Shown here one piece after another: positions 9,210 to 16,935 of a stretch of DNA of 64,000 bases; the stretch's first letter is position 1, and each line of letters begins with the position of its first letter. Where the stretch lies: positions 64,001 to 128,000 of IMG/VR virus record IMGVR_UViG_3300032224_001591; one strand, 5' to 3'. The stretch comes from a virus. The notes under the pieces are model-generated. The model was not told the DNA's origin, made no database searches, and worked only from the letters and a program-made list of their open reading frames with translations. The position numbers and the translations under genes are program-made.

Positions 9210-10395
9210 AGAATACAACAATACTCAACAGTTAAATATTCCTTCTAAAGAAGGATTAAACGGTGTTAGTTTTCATTTTATAGATGGAGCTTTTGTTGAA
9301 ATTATGGGACCTGAACATAAAATCTATGATATTACTTTTATTAATAGAAAAACAAATGAAGTAATTCATAAAACCACAATTAACAACAATATGTGGACTA
9401 AAACAAGTATAAAATATTTTGTCAATTGGCGTGTTGAAGTACGTGATGGTGATGATTTAGTATTTTTACATGAATACAATGCTAAAGGTAGAAAAGTTTA
9501 CATTCATTTAGATTCAAGTGCTATTGGTGATACTTTAGCTTGGTTTCCTTATCTTGAAGAATTTAAAAAAAAACATGATTGTCAATTAGTATGTTCTACA
9601 TTCCATAATGAATGGTTTGAATCACAATACCCCGAAATTGAATTTGTAAAACCAGGAACTGAAGTAGATGGTTTATATGCAATGTATACTATTGGGTGGT
9701 TTTATAATGAAGATCATACTGTAGATAAATTTAAAATTCCAATTGATTTTAAACAATATCCTTTAGGACAAACGTCTACAGAAATATTAGGATTAAATTA
9801 TACTGAGATTAAACCTAAATTATTAATACCTAATAAATCAAAACAAATTGATGGTAAATATGTTGTTATAGCTCCTCATGCTTCGGCACACGCTAAGTAT
9901 TGGAATCATCCTGGAGGATGGCAAGCTGTGATTAATTATCTGAATGATAAAGGTTATAAAGTAGTAATGATAACTTCTGAAAAATTATATAATCCGTGGC
10001 ATGATTCAAAATTAGGAGGAACATTAAAAAAAGTTATAGATAAAACAGGTAACTACCCACTTGAAGATAGAATGGTAGATTTAAAATACGCTGATTTATA
10101 TATTGGTTTAGGTAGTGGTTTAAGCTGGTTAAGTTGGAGTATAGGTACACCAACAATACTAATTTCAGGATTTAGTCAACCTTATAGCGAATTTTTAGAT
10201 TGTGAACGTATTTTTAATTATGATACTAATGTTTGTACGGGTTGTTTTAATACACATCGATTAGATGCGGGTGATTGGGAATGGTGTCCTGAACATAAAG
10301 ATACCGATAGAATGTTTGAATGTACTAAAACTATTACACCTTTTAAAGTAATAGGTGCAATTGATAAGCTTTTAAATATTTATGACAAAAATTAA
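9190..10395 (+). CDS. Aah/TibC-like (autotransporter heptosyltransferase family, GT9-related) protein O-glycosyltransferase
   Basis: SSAIGDTLAW, IGLGSGLSWLSW, LISGFS..YSEF, and the Cys motif CTGCFN...WEWCPEHKDTDRMFECTKTIT typical of the family's iron finger. Confidence 0.75.
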   Translation: MKEVLIKEYNNTQQLNIPSKEGLNGVSFHFIDGAFVEIMGPEHKIYDITFINRKTNEVIHKTTINNNMWTKTSIKYFVNWRVEVRDGDDLVFLHEYNAKGRKVYIHLDSSAIGDTLAWFPYLEEFKKKHDCQLVCSTFHNEWFESQYPEIEFVKPGTEVDGLYAMYTIGWFYNEDHTVDKFKIPIDFKQYPLGQTSTEILGLNYTEIKPKLLIPNKSKQIDGKYVVIAPHASAHAKYWNHPGGWQAVINYLNDKGYKVVMITSEKLYNPWHDSKLGGTLKKVIDKTGNYPLEDRMVDLKYADLYIGLGSGLSWLSWSIGTPTILISGFSQPYSEFLDCERIFNYDTNVCTGCFNTHRLDAGDWEWCPEHKDTDRMFECTKTITPFKVIGAIDKLLNIYDKN

Positions 10396-11033
10396 TGGTA
10401 TATCCTTTATTAAGTAAAACCAATATTGTTAATTCAAACACTATTCAAGCCGCTGATGTTTCACAAAGTATTGATGCTTTTACCGGTACTACTGAATATC
10501 GAATTATAGTATCGGGTTCATTAAACATTAATGGAAGTGTTACATGTCTAGGACCTAATAGCAATGCTCAAGGTGGATTTACAGGCTCTCTTTATGGAAC
10601 TGCTTCCTATGCTGATGCTACAAGTTATGGATATGCTTATACTGGTTCTAACATTACTTCAGCTTCCTTTTCTTATAATTCGTCCTATACATCAGGAAGT
10701 TTACATGGATTTCTTGTTAGATCAGGTAGTGATAACCCTACAGCCTCTTTATATTCTATAGGAATACTTTCAGGTGTATCTTATATTCGTTCAGGAAATA
10801 TTTTACAAACTGTAAATTTTACTTCAACTCCCTTTCCTGCAGGAGCAATATTAGGAACAAATGTTTGGATTACTGTAGGTCAATTTAATACTCGACAAGT
10901 TTCTACAAATTGGAATAGTTATGTTTCCGTTCGTAGTATTACTACAAGTAGTATAACTTTTCAAACACGTACAAATAACGCAGCACCTTCAGATTTACCT
11001 TTTAATTTTATATGTGTTTATCAAACTTCTTAA
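10395..11033 (+). CDS. Virion fibre/decoration protein, paralog 1
   Basis: Shares the N-terminus LSKT.IV...QA..VSQSIDAFTG and the motif GSLYGTASYA with the next two ORFs. Confidence 0.55.
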   Translation: MVYPLLSKTNIVNSNTIQAADVSQSIDAFTGTTEYRIIVSGSLNINGSVTCLGPNSNAQGGFTGSLYGTASYADATSYGYAYTGSNITSASFSYNSSYTSGSLHGFLVRSGSDNPTASLYSIGILSGVSYIRSGNILQTVNFTSTPFPAGAILGTNVWITVGQFNTRQVSTNWNSYVSVRSITTSSITFQTRTNNAAPSDLPFNFICVYQTS

Positions 11034-11039
11034 TAAATA

Positions 11040-11648
11040 ATGGCTAATATATTATCAAAAACAGGTATAGTCCCAGGAGGTATAGTTCAAGCATCTTATG
11101 TTTCACAAAGTATTGATGCTTTTACAGGTATAGTTCCTTATAATCTTTCATTAAATGGGAATTTTTACATTAATGGAATTACAAGTACAGTAAGTACAGT
11201 AGGAGGAAAGGGTAGTCTTACAGGTTCATTATATGGAACTGCTTCTTATGCCTTTACATCTTCTCATACTAATACTATAACAAATCCTATTAGTTGGTCA
11301 TTATATGCTTTATCCGCATCTTACTCTGAAGGAGTACTAAGTAGTAATGTTCCTACATCTTCGGTACCTGCTTATAAACCAAGTGTTATAATTGCTGGTA
11401 GAGGAACTATTTTAAACGGTAATACTACTTTTGAAGTATATAATTCATTTTTTGGTGGAAAAACATTAAATAATAATGTTTGGGTAACTTTATTACAAGT
11501 ACCTCCGTATCCACTTGCTAATCCTGATTTTGGAAGTACATGCGTTGTTCCTACAATTATAACAGGAAATACATTAATATTTTCGGTATCATCTGGAAAT
11601 GCTAGTGCAGATTTAATTTTTGATTTTATAATAACAGTACAACAATAA
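11040..11648 (+). CDS. Virion fibre/decoration protein, paralog 2
   Basis: MANILSKTGIV...VSQSIDAFTG...GSLYGTASYA. Confidence 0.55.
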   Translation: MANILSKTGIVPGGIVQASYVSQSIDAFTGIVPYNLSLNGNFYINGITSTVSTVGGKGSLTGSLYGTASYAFTSSHTNTITNPISWSLYALSASYSEGVLSSNVPTSSVPAYKPSVIIAGRGTILNGNTTFEVYNSFFGGKTLNNNVWVTLLQVPPYPLANPDFGSTCVVPTIITGNTLIFSVSSGNASADLIFDFIITVQQ

Positions 11649-11651
11649 ACA

Positions 11652-12263
11652 ATGGCAAACATATTAAGTAAATCAGGCATAGTTAATGGTCAACAAATTA
11701 CAGTTAAAGAAATAACTCAAATTATAGACGTTTTTACAGCTACTAGTGCTAGTGATGTTACACTTAATGGAGAATTATTTACAACAGGTAGTACAACTAG
11801 TATAATAGCTTCTAATGGTTTTACAGGAGACAAATTAATTGGAACTGCCTCATTTGCTATTTCTTCCTCTAACTCATTAAACGGCCCTTTAATTTATAAT
11901 TCAGCATCATATGCTGTGACTTCATCTATCTTTACACCTTTAAAAACAAATATTTTAGTTGGAACCTCTTCATTATATCCAACTGGATTAATTTCAGGAT
12001 ATGGTGTGATATCACCAGGTTATAGTTCATCAACTATTACCGGTTTAACTCAATTAATAGGAAAAGAAATGGATATTACGGGACGCAGTGGTTCAGTTTT
12101 TGTATCAATGTTTACTTATCCGGCAGCGGGACAAGATTTTAATTCTAATAATTTTGTTATACCTTATTCTTTATCAAGTTCAAATTTAACATTTCAAACA
12201 TTAAGTGGTAATGCGGTTTCGGATCCTGTATCATTTAATTATATTATTACATACTACGCTTAA
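11652..12263 (+). CDS. Virion fibre/decoration protein, paralog 3
   Basis: MANILSKSGIV...ITQIIDVFTA...LIGTASFA. Confidence 0.55.
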   Translation: MANILSKSGIVNGQQITVKEITQIIDVFTATSASDVTLNGELFTTGSTTSIIASNGFTGDKLIGTASFAISSSNSLNGPLIYNSASYAVTSSIFTPLKTNILVGTSSLYPTGLISGYGVISPGYSSSTITGLTQLIGKEMDITGRSGSVFVSMFTYPAAGQDFNSNNFVIPYSLSSSNLTFQTLSGNAVSDPVSFNYIITYYA

Positions 12264-12284
12264 TATTTATAACAAAACAAATTT

Positions 12285-12536
12285 ATGACAACACACGTTT
12301 TAACACAAGAAGAGTTACAAGAAATTAAAGATTTTCAAAGAAAACAACAAATATTATTACAACAATTTGGTTCTATTGAAATTGATATTCAAAATTTAAA
12401 ATTACAAAAACAACAACTAATCGTTGAATTAAGTAATTTAAAACAATTAGAAACTCAAGTAGGTTCCAAACTACAAGACAAATATGGTGAGGGAACTATT
12501 AATGTAGAAAAGGGAGAATTCACAAGTAATTCCTAG
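12285..12536 (+). CDS. Small coiled-coil phage protein
   Basis: 83-aa Gln/Leu-rich ORF preceded by ATATTTATA. Confidence 0.6.
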   Translation: MTTHVLTQEELQEIKDFQRKQQILLQQFGSIEIDIQNLKLQKQQLIVELSNLKQLETQVGSKLQDKYGEGTINVEKGEFTSNS

Positions 12537-12555
12537 TTTTTTGAATAGTTCTGCA

Positions 12556-12564
12556 ATATTTATA
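12556..12564 (+). promoter_or_regulatory. Putative late promoter ATATTTATA (representative copy, upstream of tail sheath)
   Basis: TATTTATA recurs shortly upstream of starts at 12264, 12557, 14757, 15337, 15856, 16912, 19300, 25787, 29934, 44377, 47926 and 59303. Confidence 0.6.
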
Positions 12565-12595
12565 ACAAAACTACAAAACTAAATTCATTTAAAAC

Positions 12596-14725
12596 ATGGC
12601 AGAAACATTAATTTCCCCTGGTGTACTAGCAAGAGAAAATGACCAGTCATTTATCACCCAGAATCCGGTAACCGTTGGTGCCGCTCTTATAGGTCCTACA
12701 GTGAAAGGACAACCAGAAATACCAACACTCGTTACTTCATATAGTGATTACCTACAAAAGTTTGGTTCTACATTCACTAGTGCAAGTTTAGTCTACACTT
12801 ATTTTACGTCAATTGCAGCATTTAACTACTTTAACAACGGTGGTAATACTTTATTAGTATCAAGAGTTGTAAGTGGTACTTTTAATCCTGCAACCACTAC
12901 AGACGTTCCTGCTTCAGCAAGTACAGCAACAGTTGCTAATTTAGCAATTATTAGTAGTGTAGTAAATACTACAGCATCTGCTACTTTGAACATGACCAAT
13001 TTGTATAACTCAGTAGTATCAGTAGGCTCAGCATCATTTAATTTAAATGGTATTAATATTACTTTAACAGGTAGTGCACCTCCATATACAAATACTACTT
13101 CTACAATTTTCATTTCAGGATCTAATTCAGCTGCTTCTGCATCTTTATCAGCTTCAATTGCTATTAATGCAAGTAGTTCAGCAACAAGTTATAGTTCTTC
13201 TTTACAATATATTACAGCAAGTTCTACAACTTCAACTTTAAATTTAAATTCTACAACTGGAACTACAGGTGTAATAGGTAATTCTTATTATTACATTTCT
13301 GGAAGTACAACAGTTAATTTTACTGGTGGTACTAATAAAATTCCATTTGTTTTAGAAACTTTATCTGAAGGTACTATTATGAATAGTAGCTCAAGTTTAG
13401 ATTCAGCTGGAGCTTTAGCTAGTGGTTCATCAAATAATATTAGATGGCAGATTGTAAACCAAAATACAGGTTCAGGTACCTTTGATTTATTAGTTCGTCG
13501 TGGTAACGATAATACTTTAAATCCAAATGTATTAGAAACATGGACTAACTTATCATTAGACCCATATGCTCCAAATTATGTAGCAAAAGTATTAGGTGAT
13601 TATACTCAAAACTATAATCCAAGCACAAACCAAGTTGAAATATCTGGTTCTTATCCAAATAGAAGTGCTTATGTAAGAGTTAAATCTGTATTATTACCAA
13701 CTCCAAATTACTTTAGCAATGCCGGAGTTGCTCAAACATTCTATACTGCTTCTTTACCTCTTCCTTATAGTGGTTCATTTGGTTATGCAACTGGAGATTT
13801 ATTTACAAATGGCCAAACAGCATTTTACAATCAAATCACTTCAGCAACACCTGCAAACAATGTTCAAGGTATTCCAAGTGCAAGCTATAATAACATGATT
13901 GCTTTAATGTCTAACCAAGACGATTATAAATTCAATGTATTATTAGCACCAGGTTTATTTAATAACTTACAAACATCTCAATGTACTACAATTATCAATA
14001 ATACTCAAAACAGAGGAGATAATATATTTGTATTGGATTTAGTAGCATATGATGGTTTAATAGCAGACGCAGTATCACAAGCACAATCAAGAAATACTTC
14101 ATACGCTACATCATATTGGCCTTGGGTTCAAACAAAAGATCCAGATTCAGGACAAAATGTTTGGGTACCAGCTTCAACAATGATTGGTGGTGTTTACGCT
14201 TATAATGATACAGTTGCAGAACCTTGGTTCGCACCAGCAGGTATTAATAGAGGTGGTTTAAGCACAGTAATTAGAGCAGCACAAAAATTATCACAATCAA
14301 ATAGAGATACATTATACACAGGTAAAGTTAACCCAATCGCTACTTTCCCAGGAACTGGAGTTGTAGTATACGGTCAGAAAACATTACAAACAGCAGCTTC
14401 TGCTTTAGATCGTGTTAATGTTCGTCGTTTGTTAATTGCTCTTAAATCTTATATTTCTCAAGTTGCTCAAAACTTGGTATTTGAACAAAATTCAATCGCT
14501 ACAAGAAATCAATTCTTAAGCCAAGTAAACCCATACTTAGAAAGTGTTCAACAACGTCAAGGTTTATACGCATTTAGAGTAATTATGGATGATTCAAATA
14601 ATACTCCTGATGTAATTGATAGAAACGAGTTAATTGGTCAAATTTATATTCAACCAACTAAAACTGCAGAATTCATTTACTTAGATTTTAACATTTTACC
14701 AACTGGCGCTACTTTCCCTGGATAA
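12596..14725 (+). CDS. Contractile tail sheath protein (T4 gp18-like) with Ser/Thr-rich insertion
   Basis: ISPGVLARENDQS, GPTVKG, YWPWV, PWFAPAGINRG, RVNVRRLL, FEQN, IYIQPTKTAEFI. Confidence 0.95.
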   Translation: MAETLISPGVLARENDQSFITQNPVTVGAALIGPTVKGQPEIPTLVTSYSDYLQKFGSTFTSASLVYTYFTSIAAFNYFNNGGNTLLVSRVVSGTFNPATTTDVPASASTATVANLAIISSVVNTTASATLNMTNLYNSVVSVGSASFNLNGINITLTGSAPPYTNTTSTIFISGSNSAASASLSASIAINASSSATSYSSSLQYITASSTTSTLNLNSTTGTTGVIGNSYYYISGSTTVNFTGGTNKIPFVLETLSEGTIMNSSSSLDSAGALASGSSNNIRWQIVNQNTGSGTFDLLVRRGNDNTLNPNVLETWTNLSLDPYAPNYVAKVLGDYTQNYNPSTNQVEISGSYPNRSAYVRVKSVLLPTPNYFSNAGVAQTFYTASLPLPYSGSFGYATGDLFTNGQTAFYNQITSATPANNVQGIPSASYNNMIALMSNQDDYKFNVLLAPGLFNNLQTSQCTTIINNTQNRGDNIFVLDLVAYDGLIADAVSQAQSRNTSYATSYWPWVQTKDPDSGQNVWVPASTMIGGVYAYNDTVAEPWFAPAGINRGGLSTVIRAAQKLSQSNRDTLYTGKVNPIATFPGTGVVVYGQKTLQTAASALDRVNVRRLLIALKSYISQVAQNLVFEQNSIATRNQFLSQVNPYLESVQQRQGLYAFRVIMDDSNNTPDVIDRNELIGQIYIQPTKTAEFIYLDFNILPTGATFPG

Positions 14726-14787
14726 GGGAAGGTAGTTACCTTTTATAACTTACTAATATTTATAACAAGAAATAAATAAAACAAAAC

Positions 14788-15276
14788 ATGGCAGTATTAG
14801 ATCCAAACGAAATATTTTTCACCGCCTTTGAACCGAAGCAACAGAATAGATTTATTATGTATGTGGATGGTATTCCAGCATACCTTATCAAAGGGGTGTC
14901 AGCTGTAACCTTAACTCAAGAAGAAGTAGTATTAAATCATATCAACGTATTACGTAAAGTTAAAGGTAAATCAAAATGGAGTAACATCACAATGACTCTA
15001 TTTGACCCGGTAACACCATCAGGCGCTCAAGCTGTAATGGAATGGGTACGTTTACACCATGAATCAGTAACTGGTCGCGATGGTTATTCTGACTTTTATA
15101 AAAAAGATTTAACAATCGATGTATTGGGTCCTGTAGGTGATATTGTATCAGAATGGATTATCAAAGGTGCACTTATTGTAAATGCAAACTTTGGTGAATA
15201 CAACTGGGATACAGATGCAGCAGCACAAAACATTACTCTTGAAGTAGCAATGGATTATTGTATCTTGAACTTCTAA
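14788..15276 (+). CDS. Tail tube protein (T4 gp19-like)
   Basis: Follows the sheath gene; FEPKQQNRF, W.NITMTLFD, YKKDLTI..LGPVGD.VSEW. Confidence 0.85.
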   Translation: MAVLDPNEIFFTAFEPKQQNRFIMYVDGIPAYLIKGVSAVTLTQEEVVLNHINVLRKVKGKSKWSNITMTLFDPVTPSGAQAVMEWVRLHHESVTGRDGYSDFYKKDLTIDVLGPVGDIVSEWIIKGALIVNANFGEYNWDTDAAAQNITLEVAMDYCILNF

Positions 15277-15300
15277 GAATTAAGTTTAAATTATATTTTA

Positions 15301-15328
15301 AAGAGCTCGCTTTACGCGAGCTTTTTTT
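15301..15328 (+). terminator. Rho-independent terminator
   Basis: AGCTCGC-TTTAC-GCGAGCT followed by a T run. Confidence 0.8.
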
Positions 15329-15356
15329 ATTTTAAATATTTATAATAAACATTAAT

Positions 15357-15845
15357 ATGGCTAAAGGTTTAAAAAATTCATTTGATAAAACTAATTTAGA
15401 TCTACAAGATCCTTCACCATTAGGTGGACCGGTTAGTGCTCCTGTACCATCTTATGTTTCACCTAATGCAACTGGTACTCCTACTAGAACTGCAAATCCG
15501 GGTCCATTTAAGGGCTTTTATCAACCTTATACTCCGCAAAATCCATATTTAAATAGCGTAAGCAACAAGGCAGTTAAAACAAGCATGTTATCCGCTGAAA
15601 CAGATAATCCTGCGGTTTTATCGATCACTAATTTAGATAATAGCCAACCAGGAGTTAACGGTGGTGTACCTTATAAAACGGCTAATGATCCAACATTATA
15701 TCCTGAATCAACTAAAGCATCTACACCAATACGTGGTTATTTTTCTGAACCCGGGGTTGCTGCTCAAAAATATGGTTCAAATACACGAGTATATTCATCT
15801 ACAAATACTTATATGGAATTTATTGAACCTTATACGAGGAAATAA
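15357..15845 (+). CDS. Pro-rich hypothetical virion protein
   Basis: 162-aa ORF in the tail module; two TNLD...GG...P.Y units. Confidence 0.55.
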   Translation: MAKGLKNSFDKTNLDLQDPSPLGGPVSAPVPSYVSPNATGTPTRTANPGPFKGFYQPYTPQNPYLNSVSNKAVKTSMLSAETDNPAVLSITNLDNSQPGVNGGVPYKTANDPTLYPESTKASTPIRGYFSEPGVAAQKYGSNTRVYSSTNTYMEFIEPYTRK

Positions 15846-15895
15846 TATTTTCATATATTTATATACGACAACAAATTGTTATTAAAAATTAATTT

Positions 15896-16633
15896 ATGAG
15901 CGAAAACAAATTTAATTTCCCCACAGAAATTGTAGAATTACCATCAAAAGGATTAGTATATCCTGAAGATCACATTTTAAGAAGCGGTAAAGTCGAAATG
16001 AAGTACATGACCGCTAAAGAAGAAGACATCCTAACTAACCAAAATTACATTCAAAAAGGTGTTGTACTAGATAAACTAGTAGAAGCATTAGTAATGAATA
16101 AATTTAAAGTTGGTGAATTAATATCTGGTGATAAAAATGCATTACTTATTGCATCCCGTATTTTAGGTTATGGTAAAGATTATACATTTGACTATAAAAA
16201 TGAAGAATTTACAATTGACCTATCAACAATATCAGAAAAACCGTTTGATACAACATTAATTACTTCAAGAGGTACATTTAAATTTACTTTACCTATATCC
16301 GGTATAGAAGTAGAATTTAAATTATTAAATGATAAAGATAATGAATTAGTTAGTCAAGAACTTGAAGGACTTAAAAAAATAAATAAAGATTCATCTCCCG
16401 AAATTACAACACGTTTAAGACATCAAATTGTAGCAGTTAATGGAAATATTGATAAAAATGCAATACGTGAATTTGTTGAATATAATTTATTAGCTGCGGA
16501 TTCAAGAGCACTACGTAAATATATAAAAGATATTGCTCCTGATGTAAATTTAACAACTAAAATAGTTATTAACGGTGTTGAGGAGGACATCGATATTCCA
16601 ATTAATTTAAACTTTTTTTGGCCTGACCTCTAG
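15896..16633 (+). CDS. Baseplate hub / tail assembly protein (T4 gp26-like)
   Basis: PTEIVELPSKG, MTAKEEDIL, ends NFFWPDL; lies upstream of the tape measure gene. Confidence 0.7.
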   Translation: MSENKFNFPTEIVELPSKGLVYPEDHILRSGKVEMKYMTAKEEDILTNQNYIQKGVVLDKLVEALVMNKFKVGELISGDKNALLIASRILGYGKDYTFDYKNEEFTIDLSTISEKPFDTTLITSRGTFKFTLPISGIEVEFKLLNDKDNELVSQELEGLKKINKDSSPEITTRLRHQIVAVNGNIDKNAIREFVEYNLLAADSRALRKYIKDIAPDVNLTTKIVINGVEEDIDIPINLNFFWPDL

Positions 16634-16652
16634 TAATGCTCCGGAGTATAGA

Positions 16653-16901
16653 ATGATTTTATTTTCCACAATACATGAAATAGTATTTCACGGTAAAGGT
16701 GGTTATAGTTATGATGATATATACAATATGCCTATTTGGCTTCGAAAATTTACATTTAATAAAATAAAAGAATTTTATGAAAGTCAAAAACCAACAAAAA
16801 ATGAAGATAGTTGGGTAAATAATAGCGAAGCTAAACAAGAAGCATCAAAAAATAAAAATATTAAAGTACCTACATATGTTACTAAGGCATCAAAAAAATG
16901 A
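16653..16901 (+). CDS. T4 gp51-like hub assembly chaperone; possibly expressed as a frameshift fusion with the upstream ORF
   Basis: GGYSYDDIYNMPIWLRKF motif; the frame is open back to the T7 run at 16613. Confidence 0.6.
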   Translation: MILFSTIHEIVFHGKGGYSYDDIYNMPIWLRKFTFNKIKEFYESQKPTKNEDSWVNNSEAKQEASKNKNIKVPTYVTKASKK

Positions 16902-16909
16902 TGCCTTTT
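16884..16909 (+). terminator. Hairpin/terminator overlapping the stop codon
   Basis: AAGGCATCA-AAAAAA-TGATGCCTT followed by TT. Confidence 0.55.
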
Positions 16910-16935
16910 AATATTTATAATAAATCTTATAGTTA

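Noticed and set aside
10395-12263. Diversity-generating retroelement targeting the three paralogs
   Set aside because: No reverse transcriptase and no adenine-specific template/variable repeat pair is seen in the window.
16581-16586. AGGAGG as a frameshift-stimulating Shine-Dalgarno
   Set aside because: It lies about 26 nt from the slippery run, too far for known stimulators, encodes Glu-Glu, and the genome does not appear to use SD sequences.
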